Of a stretch of DNA of 64,000 nt, positions 12,068 to 26,257 are shown piece after piece; position 1 is the stretch's first letter, and each line of letters opens with the position of its first letter. The stretch is from Asterias rubens (taxonomy: Eukaryota). Below the pieces are notes generated by a model. It searched no databases and was not told where the DNA came from. It saw only the letters and a program-made list of their open reading frames with translations. The stretch is from assembly GCF_902459465.1 (NCBI RefSeq), contig NC_047065.1, positions 744,001-808,000 of the forward strand, written 5' to 3'. The translations under genes and the position numbers were made by a program.

Positions 12068-12640
12068 TCAAAACGGTGTAAGTTTAATGTAAATCTGTGG
12101 ACATTGTGTTTTGTGTTACAAAAATTACCCAAAACCTTTAGTCCTACACAAACGTAGATGAATACAATAAAACTAACAAATACGAGTTTCATTTCAAAAG
12201 GAGCGAATAATTATGTCCTCACATGAAGAATATGAATTTAAATCTGAGAAGCATTATACTAACAGTAACGCTTGTGGAATCAAATTAAAATTTTGGGGCA
12301 GAACAACTAAAATCTTTTCGCATATAACCACATTAAATTGGAATAAAAAATTATCAAATTGCTTTATACTATCGAAAGCTGCTGTATGCTTCTAATCGAA
12401 TTTTTTTTAATGGCATCAATTTTATGAGTTATACCCAAAGTATATCTGTTTGGTTGCCTCGCCTATTTATTCCTTCAATCAATAGTGTTTGGTGACAATA
12501 TTTACCTGTCGTTTATTTCTATCAATATGCAAATTTATATATCTAGTCTTTGAGTATTGTGTGAAAATCACATTGTATTTGATGTCATACCTTGTTCCCC
12601 AAAGCATCTCCCTGTTGGGTGTGTTTAAGATGATGTTTAA

Positions 12641-13018
12641 AGGCAGTGGACACTATTGGTAATTACTCAAAATAATTATTGGCATAAAACCTTACTTGGT
12701 GACGAGTAATGGGGAGAAGTTGATGGTATAAAACATTGAGAGAAACAGCTCCCTCTGAAGTGCCATAGTTTTAGAGAAAGACGTAATTTTCCACGAATTT
12801 GATTTTGAGACCTCGGGTTTAGAACTTGAGGTCTCGAAATCAACCATCTAAACGCACACAACTTCGTGTGACAAGGTTTTTTTTTCTTTCATTATTATCT
12901 CGCAAGTTTGATGACCGATTGAGCTCAAATTTTCACAGGTTTGTTATTTTATGCTTATGTTGAGATACACCAACTGTGAAGGCTAGTCTTTGACAATTAC
13001 CAATAGTGTTCACTGCCT
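12641..13018 (+). mobile_element. TTAA-target MITE with AGG termini (Kolobok/T2-like)
   Basis: TTAA|AGGCAGTGGACACTATTGGTAATT ... AATTACCAATAGTGTTCACTGCCT|TTAA; inverted near-identical copy at 59906-60284. Confidence 0.9.
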
Positions 13019-14602
13019 TTAAAAAGAAGAAGAAAAAAAACCGAAGTAATAAAACAAATTGGCAACGTTTCTATTTGTATAGTTTATTTTATTAGATGTA
13101 AAACCAAACCAATGTTTCCGAAAATCTACTCTGCGTCGGTATTAGAGAATTCTTCCGAGTTCCGAAAAAAATAACTCCGCGGTAGTAGAGTATACAGCAA
13201 GAACATTCGAACATAACAATTAGATGGGATTTGAGACATTGCATGGTGAGGGTACCAATATGTATTTGGTTTGCGGTAACACCGTGTTTCTTAGAGAACT
13301 GTCTTACTTTATACCGCCGAGTAGATTTTTGGAAATCGGGAGACTTCTCAGTGAAACTTCTCAGTGATACCTTATGGAAAAACAATGGTTTGTTTTTACT
13401 GTGAGACAACATTTTCTGCATTTCATAAAAACAAAAAGGGGGTTAAAGAACAACCACCAGACGTAGTTAATATCGCATTTGATTTTTGTAACTATTAGGG
13501 TCGTCTTTTTCTACTACTTGTTATAGTGGTAAGTCAATTTGTATCCTAGCGATGACCTGTATATATTATTGATCAGATCATTGTACTCAACTATCGACCG
13601 ATTGTGCCCACTCTCCTTGCAAGACGTTCCCTTTGTGTGCCGAATGTCTTTTGAAGCACGGCCAGAACTATTCAATTGTTTGCCGATGAGCTTCGATCTC
13701 CTTGGACAATCCATAAAACTGTCGTAAAGGTGCGTGTAGGCAAGGGGTTGCTATTGTTCAACCGGTTGTAGCGATAAGTGTACTCATTGGTGTTAGCTGT
13801 CCCCACCAGCAGTAGACAACATGCTAAGAATACTTCAGACGGATCTTGCGTACAAATCTTGTTACTTGAAGGACTTGAGAATCTTGTAGACGTGTCCACT
13901 TAGAAGAAACTTGGCTATAATATTATTGGAATATGCAGAAACAGTTCGACTTCTGTATATAACATAAAACGATAATGTTCTTTTGCTGTGAAGCCATGGA
14001 TGATTGAAATTTGGGAATTTTATCTTAAACTTTTTTTGGTTACCATGGAAGTAGATCTCATCGTGTTGTTTGAGTAGGAAGAGCTTTTTCGACGATATTC
14101 AGTTGAGACCTAAAGAAGCAAATTGGTAAGCCTTAAATGAAATAGTTCATTTTAACAAGTAATGGTTTGCAATCAAAGATAATCCTGGTTACCTGTCAAT
14201 AGTATCAATTATTTCATTGAGAGTTCGTTTTATGAGCATTATTAGTAATTCATGTTTCTTTTGCAAACTGCCATCGATTACATTCCTATGTTTGGAGTTG
14301 TAGAAACTTTTCATGAATCTCCATTTTCATTCCGTGGCATGGTGTTGTTAATAAATCGGGCCATCCCAACCATTTTCTGCATTTTTACCATGGGTCCTTT
14401 TGGTTGGTAAGTTGTTTGCAGCAGCTGCTCCTATTTTCTCGTTATAAATACTAGATGTTAAATATTATTTCACAGGAGGTTCAGGAACTATAACCGTGAT
14501 ATCTGGAGTGGTATTCTGATGGAATGGTAGACAACATTTTAAGAGTTTTTGGCGCACACTTTCTAGTCAAAATGCACGCTTCCCTCACCGTCGGCAAGCA
14601 CG

Positions 14603-17600
14603 ATGCCATGGGGCACTGAAGTCAGCAAACCATTGGATTTACCACCGAGCCAAGCCAGGCTTCTTCGGCGGAGGTCCTCCTGTAGAAGACGGGGTTTGGA
14701 CGGCCCTCAGAGCACGGGTGAAATCGTGTCCGTGACCCATGGAAGGGTCCGACTTCATGCACTCCGAGTTTCGGACTTAGTAGTTGCAGTTTTATGTCTC
14801 TGGACTTCTGTTGCTGGTCTCACACAAGCTGGTAAGTTGGATCAACTTTAGGAAATCTTTTCGTAACCTGCCACCGCTCATTTTTACAAAAAGGAATTTT
14901 TCATTTGAGTATAAAACAGTTTTTTTATTTCAATTTCAAATTGAAATGAAGTGATGGCAGAATATGGAACATTTAATTTATAACCCATTCGTCTGAGAAT
15001 AATACCATCTGGCAGTAAAACTTGGAGGCCCAATTCTGTTAACAATTATGAACCCATTTTGGAATAACTTGTAACTTTGTTTAACTTGTTACAAGAAAGG
15101 GTATTATTTTGATAATTACTCAACAATGTATCGTTGCTGATAAGAAGCATTATTATTTATAATATTTTGAGAAAACTCTTCCCTTTAAAGGAATGTGGTT
15201 TTATAGAGAGAGAGGAATTCAAAAAACATTCCAACCTGAGAAACGTTTCTTTATAAACGTTTCTCAGATTGTGTATTCCAATTAGCGGATTATTCTTCCA
15301 GATTTTCGGCAATATCTAAAAAATGTTACCCCCTTTTGAAATGAAATGTCCACATTGGCTAGTTTTATTGTATGGATATCTATATTTATTGGATTAAAAC
15401 CAACCAACGGCTCAAAAAAAAATGTGTACTTTGCAGTTAGGCACACTCAAGTCGTGCTCAGATATCCAATTCATTTGATTGATTAATGGTTTACTGAAAG
15501 CACGACTGGAAGTTAAAAACTGAATTGCCCATGTGAACAGGAATTAATTAATCCCTAAAAACAACAAAATAAAGCATATAAGAGAATTGAGAAAAGTAAA
15601 ACAAATTAAGAACCAAAATGACAATAATTCAACATGGCATAAGAGAATTAATAACGAATTGTTTGAAATTTAACAATTTGTTGGAGGGCGCTTTTTGGTA
15701 TATAAAAATAAAAGAATTCAGCTTTCTTCATCCGTCTCCTTTTCATGATACCTCCATGCCACATACCTGTAACATAATTGCATCATTGCTTATAGGGCTA
15801 ACCTTCAATCTTGTTCAAGCAAAGTGAGTGCCGCTATTTTGTTTGCTTGTTTGTTGGGGTGTTTGTTGTGGTGTTTGATTGTTGTTTGTTTAGATGATCT
15901 TCCCGTCAAGGGAACCAAGTAAAGTCCCACAGGGATAAGACAATAATTCAAAAATTGTATGAGAGAATTAATTACGAATTATTTAAAAAGTTAACAATTT
16001 GTGGCAGGGCGCTTTTTTGTATAAAAAAGGGAATTCAGCAATCTTCATCCGTTTCCTTTTTCATAAAATAACAAGCAATCTACCCAGAAGAATAACAAAT
16101 ATCGTGAAATAAAACTAAGTTGTCAGTAGGGATTGTTTCCCTGATTGAATAAAAATGCGTTTTTTCTGTTTTGTTACATAACCTTTTTTACTTTCATAAT
16201 AATTAGACAGTTTGTTTGAATGTAGACCTGCTGCCTGCAACATACTTTCGAAATTGATCTCTTTCACTTATTATGCCCTGTATACACGTACATGTATACA
16301 GCTTTGGTTTCACATTCAATATGTGACATTTATTGGTTCTTACACTTTTGAATATTTGGAAAAGATCTCCATAATCTTGTCTAGAACTCCAGATCTCTAA
16401 GTTTGTTTTTCGCAGCATGCTTCCATGGCTTGTTCCTCGGTGTATCCAGATCTTAAACTTAGCAACGGATAATCCCTTCCACACAAACGTCCCCACTGCT
16501 CACAAAACCGAAAATTTGTCCCCAGCTCTAACCCATGCCACGGGCAACTAGGAACTTTGTGTTGCCTGAAAAACTATTCACAGGAAACAACATTGTCGAA
16601 ACTTTGCAAAGTCAGTCGTTTAATTCTTCTCACCTTCGGGGAGGAGGGGGGGGGGGATACTCGACGAATCTCATCTCCAACTAATAACATTTTGCATTTT
16701 GCCAAAAAAAAAAATGACCTGAATTGTGAAAAGCCCTACTCCTTGTAAGGATTATGCACGTCGTGTAACAAATGCATCCCCAAATCTCATGTAATCTGAC
16801 CCTTGTTGTTACTGGTTCACTATTCGTTAGACTTGGGTGTTAACGGTGTTATTGAAACTGAAGTAGCATAGTTACTGATTAAACATTCTGTAGACATCAA
16901 TTTGGGGGGACTTCTGTGAAATGTTCGACTTCATGCCCTACTCTTTTAGAAAAGAAAACAAAAATGTTGAGATTTAAATGATAAAGTCTTCTCGCTAACT
17001 AATGTCCTTCCTAGTGGTTTACGGTGGGTTTACCTCTGATTTAATCCAAAGCCTACACGATCTCGAAGCCTTATAAATCCACTGGTCCAAAAAAGGATGT
17101 CCCAAAACCAGGGCGCCGTAACGGTCACTAGTTTTAGATCAGCACTTAACAAAGTAAAGATCTTTTGTTTGAAAATGTTGAAAAAACATCTCTTTGGCCA
17201 AACGAGGTACTGGGGGTATTGCCGGCTGTATAGGCTTAGGCTGAGGACTGGGCGTTTGTTCTAAATAAGCAACCAGAAGGTCGCCTTCGGGAGCACCATT
17301 GCCGGGTCATTGCAACAAAAAATGTTGTTCCCGACTTTAGCCTACAGTCTCACCAAAAACGACGATTTCCCCTACCCCCTTTTAAGTGTTCGGGTGGGGG
17401 GGCGGCGGTACAAGACGGCTTTGCAAAGACTGACGCATCATTATTATGGTTTTTTTCGTTGTTTGTGTGCTTTTTTGTTTCTAGCTTGTATGTTTGTCTG
17501 GGTTTTTATTAATTAAATTATTACCTGTCTCTGTCACTGTGTATATTTGTTCCCGTCTATCTTTATAAAGTTCTTCTTTAAATTTATCTTGCGTTTTTAT

Positions 17601-19330
17601 TGTAAGACGCACACTGGAGAACAATGTTCCTATTTTTAACGTGATGTTTATGATACATTGAATGAATTGAATGTTTCTTTCAATTTACAGAATCCGTAAC
17701 TAATTCTAGTTGGACATCGATGGCAAACTCCACCACCGCCTCCCCAACAGTCGGCCCAGAATCCGGCCAGGACCAACCGGCAAACAGACCCATGGAGAGT
17801 AGCCTGAACAAAGTCTTCTATAGCATGCTGTTATTCATTCTCGTCCCAATAACCGCGTACCTAACAGCCACTCTGATTAAAATCATCTGCCCTGTCGAGA
17901 AGACCCCTGGAAGCTTCTGCTGCCCAAAGTATCAGATTGGTGACTCTGGAGAAGGGGATACCCATAATGCTGATGCAGAGAAAGCTGGTAGAGATGAGAA
18001 GCGAGTGAAGAACGCCCTCTTGCTTCTCTTCACGATCGATGTGAATGAAGAGAAGGAAGAGGAAGAGGAACTTAAAGAGATTGAGAAGGCGATGAAGAGA
18101 TTGAAGGAGAGGAGATTAAGAAAGATGCGGAATATGATGAGACAACAGCGCTTCCGTATCGGTGCTGATGTTGAAGATCAAGTAATCGCGCCGTTCACCC
18201 CTTCCGGAAAAGAACAACCTACAGCCCAAGATGGTTTATCAGAGAGCATACATGTTACTGAGGAAGATTGCATGCACACTGACTCCAACCCGGTTGAAAA
18301 TAACGAATCCACTCACACTATCCCTAACCAAGAAGAACTCGAAGAAACTACACAAATGCATACGGACCCAATTGTGAATAACCCAAATGACGATGTGAGC
18401 GTCAAGGAAAATAAATCCGCATGTAATACACCGATTGAAAATGTTCCCACCCAAAAACAGACAGTTGATGGCAGTGGTCCAGCCTCAAAGACTGAACCAT
18501 TTGAAAATGGTGGCCCAAGTTGCGCAGTAGACAACCCACCAGACTCTACTTCAAAAGTATCAACAGAATCTAGTTCTATTCCAAACTCGACTGAGGAACC
18601 TGTTGAAACGTCGGCCTCAAGAAACACCACAAATTCTTCAGGTTGCCCAGTGGAAAAAGCAGAAGTTAAAAAACCCTCAAGAAATTCCTCAACAGTTTCT
18701 TCATCGACCGTGACATTAATACAAATCCATAGTGAACGCAATGATAGCACACCAACAAACAAACCACCGATGGAGAAAACTGAACCAAAAGAAGTTGTCT
18801 TAAAAGACATAGCTAAACAAACTGCTTCATTGCCAGTCACAGATGAAACAATACCAAAACAGAAAGATGAGAACACCACGCACATTAACAAATCATCTCC
18901 GGCAAAGAGCAACGAACCACTTAACAAAAACCATCAAGGTTCTTCAAAGAACCGCGCACATGAAATGTTACCAGAAACCAAAGCTAACGCAGAAACCCAA
19001 GCTACCACGAAATCCAAAGCTACCACGAAAACTGGTAACAAAGAGACCCATCAAGAGCGCGAGTCCACGCCTGCGAGTCCAACGAAGCAGACGGTTGTTG
19101 CTGATATTTCAAAAACGGACCACGTGCAAACAACGACAAAGTTGGAGAGGGTAAACATTGACTCTGATGTCTTGTCTTTACGAAGTATCGAGTCCAACAC
19201 CTGTTCAAACTCCAGTGATAGAGTCCCTCGTGGTAAACGAAAGGAAGAAGCGTCTGCTGAGACCGAAAAAGGTCGTCAGAACACGGTACCACTCAAGGCC
19301 ATTCTTGTCCAAACTTTAGACATCGACTGA
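14603..19330 (+). CDS. Unrecognised membrane protein, ~622 aa, two coding exons
   Basis: Exon 14603-14831 (donor GTAAGT, phase 1) joins in frame to acceptor tttacag at 17690 and the 536-aa ORF 17720-19330. It encodes a hydrophobic leader (LVVAVLCLWTSVAGLTQA), a short S/T-rich segment with NSS and NST sequons, a TM helix (VFYSMLLFILVPITAYLTATLIKII), a Cys cluster, a charged helix and a long low-complexity tail. The second exon is secure; the first exon is inferred. Confidence 0.75.
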
Positions 19331-20479
19331 CTGAAGTGTAAGAACAGGAACCAACTTCATAGAGATGCTCAAGCGGAAAATATTGCTTAACACATTTCTG
19401 CTAAGCCGTCATGAGCAGGATAGGGCTACCAGTCACAGATTGTACATGTGACATTATAGTTTAGCTGGTAATTCTGCGAAGAGTAAATTGGTTGTGCTTA
19501 GCTGCTTTTTGTGCTTATGCTGCTCCATGGAATTGGGCCCTAATAATAGGGGAATGCTAGCCCCTTTTTGAAAATACACAGTCAGTCATGCTGCCACCAC
19601 CATGGTCCTGTTCCCTTTATCCAGTAACAATAATGAATGTTATTATTCATTGTTCAAGAAAGGAACTAGACTATTTGCCCGTTCAGCCTCAGTTTGATTA
19701 GGCCTACATTGATTTGAACGTTAGAAAATCAAGATGGCCGCACCCCATGATAAACGTAAAGGTTGCCTTATTGTGTGGAAACTGCTTGGTTAAAAACAAA
19801 GGAGTAAACTTTTCTTTTTAGGTCAAAAGTGAGAGCATTTGTTTTGGGAATGGTTTTTATTTTTTATTTTCTGGCTAAACATGATGTTAGTTTTGGTGGG
19901 CCTTTTTCGTGAAATTTATAACTGTTGGTACAGACTTGATCAGTTTCTACATCAGTGAAAATGAACATGTACAAATGTACATAGCTAAAGACAACATAGA
20001 GAGAATATATTTTATTTGCACAGTTTAGTTTATACATTAATTCTTGACGATTCCTTTTATGTTAAGGGAAAAACAAACTACAAACGGTCCTTTTTATTTG
20101 TTAACACATTCACATTTTGTATTTTCTTCCAAAATATTGTCAATGTATTCATTCTGTATTGTATTTGCATTGTAGTAGATTGCTTTAGATCAGTTCTCAG
20201 TTTAATAATGCTTCATTTTAGTTTACCTGCCCTTTAAGAAGTTAGGCTAGGCCTCTCTTTTCTATTCTACAATGTTGCCATGTAATGTTCGGTAGCTTCA
20301 TCCATGTTTCCACCTCCACCATGCAAAGTTTAAAATTCTACTTAGTATTTTAATTGTAAACTCCTAAGTATCTTTCTTGGGTTAGAAAAATATAATTTTG
20401 GTGACACATGATTTTGATCAAATGTAGGTAAAGAAAATCACCCCTAGCATTTTAAAAACAAGGATGCAGGACTTTATAC

Positions 20480-22545
20480 ATGTATACCCCTTGAGATTTT
20501 TAAAAACTTTTAGCCTAAATTTGATCAAAATGCTGGACTTACCCCTTGTGATTTCTTTCAATTTTTAGCCTAAATTTGATCAAAATGCTGGACTTACCCC
20601 TTGTGATTTTTTTCAATTTTTAGCCTAAGTTTGATCAAAATACTGGACTTACCCCTTGTGTTTTTTTTTCAATTTTTAGCCTAAATTTGATAAAAATGCT
20701 GAACTTACCCCTTGTGATTTTTTTTCAAATTTTTAGCCTTAATTTGATCAAAATGCTGGACTTACCCCTTGTGATTTTGTTCAAATTTTTAGCCTAAATT
20801 TGATCAAAATGCTGAACTTACCCCTTGTGATTTTTGTCAAATTTTTACCCTAAATTTTATCAAAATGTTGCACTAACCCCTTGTGACTTAAAATTGTTTA
20901 GCCTAAGTTTGATCAAAATGCTGGACTTACCCCTAGTGATTTTGTTTCAATTTGTAACCTTAATTTGATTCAAATGCTGGACTTACCCCTTGTGATTTTT
21001 TTTTATTTTTAGCCTAAATTTGATTCAACTGCTGGACTTACCCCTTGTGATTTTTTTCAATTTTTTGCCTAAATTTGATCAAAATGCTGGACTTACCCCT
21101 TGTGATTTTGTTTCAATTTGTAACCTTAATTTGATTCAAATGCTGGACTTACCCCTTGTGATTTTTTTTGATTTTTAGCCTAAATTTGATCAAAATGCTG
21201 GACTTACCCCTTGTGAATTTTTTTCAAAATTTTAGCCTAAATTTTATCAAAATGCTGGACTTACCCCTTGTGATTTTTTTCAAATTTTTAGCCTAAATTC
21301 TATCAAAATGCTGGACTTACCCCTTGTGATTTTTTTCAATTTTTAGCCTCAATTTGATCAAAATGCTGGACTTACCCCTTGTGATTTTTTTCAATTTTTA
21401 GCCTCAATTTGATCAAAATGCTGGACTAACCCCTTGTGATTTTTTCAATTTTTTGCCTAAATTTGATCAAATGCTGGACTTACCCCTTGTGATATTTTTA
21501 AATTTTTAGCCTAAATTTTATCAAAATGCTGGACTAACCCCTTGTGATTTTTTCAATTTTTTGCCTAAATTTGATCAAAATGCTGGACTTACCCCTTGTG
21601 ATTTTGTTTCAATTTGTAACCTTAATTTGATTCAAATGCTGGACTTACCCCTTGTGATTTTGTTTCAATTTGTAACCTTAATTTGATTCAAATGCTGGAC
21701 TTACCCCTTGTGATTTTGTTTCAATTTGTAACCTTAATTTGATTCAAATGCTGGACTTACCCCTTGTGATTTTTTTTGATTTTTAGCCTAAATTTGATCA
21801 AAATGCTGGACTTACCCCTTGTGATTTTTTTCAATTTTTAGCCTAAATTTGATCAAAATGCTGGACTTTCCCCTTGTGATTTTTTTCAATTTTTAGCCTA
21901 AATTTGATCAAAATGCTGGACTAACCCCTTGTGATTTTTTCAATTTTTTGCCTAAATTTGATCAAAATGCTGGACTTACCCCTTGTGATATTTTTAAATT
22001 TTTAGCCTAAATTTGATCAAAATGCTGGACTAACCCCTTGTGATTTTTTTCAAATTTTTAGCCTAAATTTAATCAAAATGCTGGACTAACCCCTTGTGAT
22101 TTTTTCAATTTTTTGCCTAAATTTGATCAAAATGCTGGACTTACCCCTTGTGATTTTGTTTCAATTTGTAACCTTAATTTGATTCAATTGCTGGACTTAC
22201 CCCTTGTGATTTTTTTTTATTTTTAGCCTAAATTTGATTCAAATGCTGGACTTACCCCTTGTGATTTTTTTCAATTTTTAGCCTAAATTTGATCAAAATG
22301 CTGGACTTACCCCTTGTGATTTTTTTCAATTTTTAGCCTAAATTTTATCAAAATGCTGGACTTACGCCTTGTGATTTTTTTAAATTTTTAGCCTAAATTT
22401 GATCAAAATGCTGGACTTACCCCTTGTGATTTTTTTCAATTTTTAGCCTAAATTTGATAAAAATGCTGGACTTACCCCTTGCGATTTGTTTTCAATTTTT
22501 AGCCTTTGTTTGATCAAAATGCTGGACTTACCCCTTGTGATTTCC
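20480..22545. repeat. ~55-57-bp minisatellite, ~37 copies
   Basis: Unit atgctggacttaccccttgtgatttttttcaatttttagcctaaatttgatcaaa with an interspersed variant (..tttgtttcaatttgtaaccttaatttgattcaa). Confidence 0.95.
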
Positions 22546-23041
22546 CCCAGATTATATAGGGTTTTATAGTTGAGCTTTTCGACTTATAAAATAAAAATAA
22601 AATATCTGAAACACATTAAAGTTTGTCCTAAATTTATTACAACATATATCATCTAACTCTCAATAATAATTTACAACAAGTAGGAAAACTGTACAAGTGT
22701 ACACAAATGTACAACCCTATCATCAATGTTTTAGTTTTAGCCCCAAATTTACTAAAATTGCATTACTACCCTATGGTCCAGTGCTGTAACTAAATGGGGG
22801 GGGGGAAGACCCCAGTTGATGTCAGTGCACCCCCCCCCCCATTTGAAGTCTGAACCTGATAGAAATTACTAAAATGTAAAGTTTTTAACAGTCAGTAAAA
22901 CTGCATGAAATACCCACAAGTTCCCAACATGTTTTTTACTTGAAGTGCAGTAGGGTTGCTGAGGGGTCACTTGCCAGTGCACCGTGGGTTAAATTGGTTG
23001 ATTTCAAGGGCCCATTTGTAAGCTCTAGGCTCTACCTCTAG

Positions 23042-26000
23042 CTATGATTTCTGAACTCTAGTTCTTTCAAACTGAACGGCAAAGTCCACATTTGCTTCAG
23101 CAATCTTCTTCATCTCCTCATCCAGACCCTTAGACGTCTTCAGATCCTGATGATTGAAAAAAGAAAAACATGCAATTTAAAAAGAGGACGACATGTACCT
23201 ACGGAAGCCCAATCAAAACAAGCACAAAATCCATGCACAAATGTTTCACCAATAGACCCAATTCACCCAACGTCATCATCAGAATTATCTTAGATGCGCC
23301 ATACAGGTGGACAATGTCATTGTGCGTTATTCAGTGAAGTGCGCATTTTAGGCGACGCATAAACCTATTGCCCACCAACATGGTGAACGGGCACAGTCGC
23401 CGCGTGTGACGTGCGCACAAAGGGTCAATAATTGGCCTTTTATCAACATGCTGCCACGCCCAAGATTCAAGGTCTAGTTCCAGCTGACACACCCAGATTT
23501 TACGATGTTGGTGTTTTGGTCTCTTACTCAGCTTGCGATCGACATGGGCAGGTGCATCCATCAAGAGCCATCTTATACATTTGTTTTTCCAGCTTAGTAG
23601 TTCTTTAGTGTTTCCATAAATTTGGACACTAAAATAACTTTTGAACTGAGAAGTCTCCTGAATTCCGAAAAATCTACTCAGCGGTATCAGCATACAAAGC
23701 AAGAAAAGTTTTTAAAAGAACATAATGCACTCGGCAAGTACACATCAGAGCTTTCAACATTTGCATCTTGCAATCAGGGAGATTTTGTATACCAATCAGG
23801 GGGATGTTTAGAACTACATCCAACATAATCAGGGAGACTTTTAAATTAGGGAGAGTACGCAGCTCTGGCACATGGTGTTACCGAAAAACCAATAACAGGG
23901 TGCCCTCGAGTAGCTTCTCTGGGTTGACCCCGCGGTGCTCACTCTGACGAGCCCCTGACAAGAGCTAATTGAACGATCACTCACCCTCTCATGGTGATTT
24001 CATGCACCTCCGGCCAGCCCCAAGTGACCCACTCCACAAGCAGGGCACTTCGGGCTGTACCGGGGCAGATCAGGTTAGACCCGGGGAAGCTAATCGAACG
24101 CACCCATACAAATCAAACATTTGTACACATACCTTGACATAAAGCTCAGCCATTTTATAGAGTCTCTCAATACAAGCTTTGTAGCATTCACTCCCTTTCT
24201 TGATCCCTCGCCCGACAACCGTCTCTTTCACAATTGCCCTCAGTTTCTGTAAAAAAAAAGATACCATGACAAAAATCAAACAGTGGCTCTTGCAAACTGC
24301 TAAGAACCCTCCTTGGACGGATTACACAGATGCGCTGTGATCAAGCAAAATGAGTGGTTTGTCGACCCATGTCATTTTGTTGTTGTTGATACATTTGAAA
24401 CAGCATACACTATGTTAATACATAGTTTTACCTTCTTTGGTCCAAAGTTAAAGTTTATTTATCAAGAGATACGAGAGAACGATACTAATAAAAAGGAGTT
24501 TGAAGTTGAGTTGTTCATTGAGCATACATCGTCATGTTTTGTTTTCAATGCTTATTTTAACCCCTTTTTGATGTTGCAAATTTACACATATTTCTTGTAT
24601 TTGTAAAAAAACAGGAAACTGCCTTACATACAAAACTTTTGTACAGTATTACTAGCTTACTATGGCACTAAATAATAAAAAATCATAAACCTGCTTGAAA
24701 ACTGTAAGCCCACTTACCATCCTTGTCCTCTCTGAGCGTGAAACCTTTCTGACGTTACCGCTTGAAGACGATGTGAAGGTCTCCTGGATCTTCTTCTCTG
24801 TTAAGGGCTGGTCTTCTGACGTCTCCTGCGCAGTAAGCTTCTTCCGCGGCGACACCCTCGTTGGCAACATCTCTGTAGGCTTCTTACGGGGTGACGTTCT
24901 TGTTGGCATAATTCTACACAAATTAAAAGCGATACAAAGACATCTTTAAAAAACAAGATCCAATTTCCAGAGCACCCAATGTTTGAATTTGTTACGCTCT
25001 GACGCTCATCATAGTACAAAAATGTAATAATCATAGACGACAAATTTTAGGTACACGAAGAAAAATTCACTTCAGTGAAACTTTTCCCTAAGAGCTTCAG
25101 GTTTATGTTGCAGTAAAATATTCCTTCCGTAAAATATTGCTCGAGTATAGTTTGTATTGCCATGACAAATTGCTACTGCTTGTTATCCGAGTGGGAATGT
25201 ATAAATAAATGAATGAATAACAGAAAGCTGAATCATATGCACCTTCTCTTAGCTGCTAGGACAGACGTCATGTCTGGTCTCTGCCTCTTTACACCTCGGC
25301 CATGTAGACGTCCTGGGCTTATCTTACTCCCCTTATCTAGCACCAGTCTACGTTGCTTCTCAGCTGACCTCTGACCCTTCTCAGCCGACCTCTGACCTCT
25401 TGAGTTAAGCCTCAGATGAACCTTCCCCTTTTTGGTAGCAGAAGAGGGATCTGGAGGGATGGTGAGCGTTGCTGGAGATGCTGCCTGCTCGGAGGAACAC
25501 GTTGATGCCGTCTCAAAGCGGATGTAGCGCTGCTGCATCTTGGAGAAATGACGATCGACCTGCATAGACTTGCGAGAGTCTAAACAATACCTGAGGAACA
25601 AAACGAAAACAAACAAATCTGATGTTTGAATTGAACTCTAATGGAAATGTGATAATCTTACCCTACTCAGCTTGCTTTGTGTCTAAGGCTGTTTTAATTC
25701 CCATCACAAGAAGGGGATAATGCAGCCCTTTCAAAAGAAAACAAACTCTTAAGTTCTTCATTTTTGTTGTTAAAAACAAAACAAACAAAATAGTCATGAC
25801 ATATCCACAAAATGTCCCAAAATCTTGAACTTTTCTGGCAAATGGCAGAGTGCAACCATCTGATGTTAGTTCAGATGTTAGTTTCATTTTGAACATCTAC
25901 GTACATTTTTATAGAATAAAATAACAAAACACTCACAAAACCAAAGATATGTTTGCCTTTCTTTGGAAGACTTTCCACTTACAGGATTCCTGGTGAGCTG

Positions 26001-26202
26001 ATGAACTTCTGAGCCTCCTCGAATGTAGCCTTCTTGAGTTGATCCCAGTCCATGTCCGATGAGCAAACATGTCTCGACGCCGCTGACCCACTGGGTCTAT
26101 TTGCTGCTCCTACACCCACTGGGCACAGGTCCTCTGTATTGGGAAGTCCACTGGCTAGGAAGTGCTTCAGGAACTCTTCAGCGCTGAGCTTAATCGCTGG
26201 TG

Positions 26203-26257
<55 letters not shown>

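Noticed and set aside
13514-13899. Two overlapping minus-strand ORFs, one with a hydrophobic stretch
   Set aside because: No ATG in a suitable place, no phase-consistent splice partners, no recognisable motif.
16203-16496. Minus-strand ORF and a UBA-like phrase (GYTEEQAMEA) in another frame
   Set aside because: Short, closed by stops, no convincing splice sites; likely chance.
18313-18927. 204-aa antisense ORF
   Set aside because: Shadow of the low-complexity sense ORF.
20480-22545. Regular arrays here and at 48440, 53037 and 54455 as possible CRISPR or telomeric repeats
   Set aside because: Contiguous tandem units with no unique spacers in a eukaryotic context; TAACCC-like words are isolated, not tandem.
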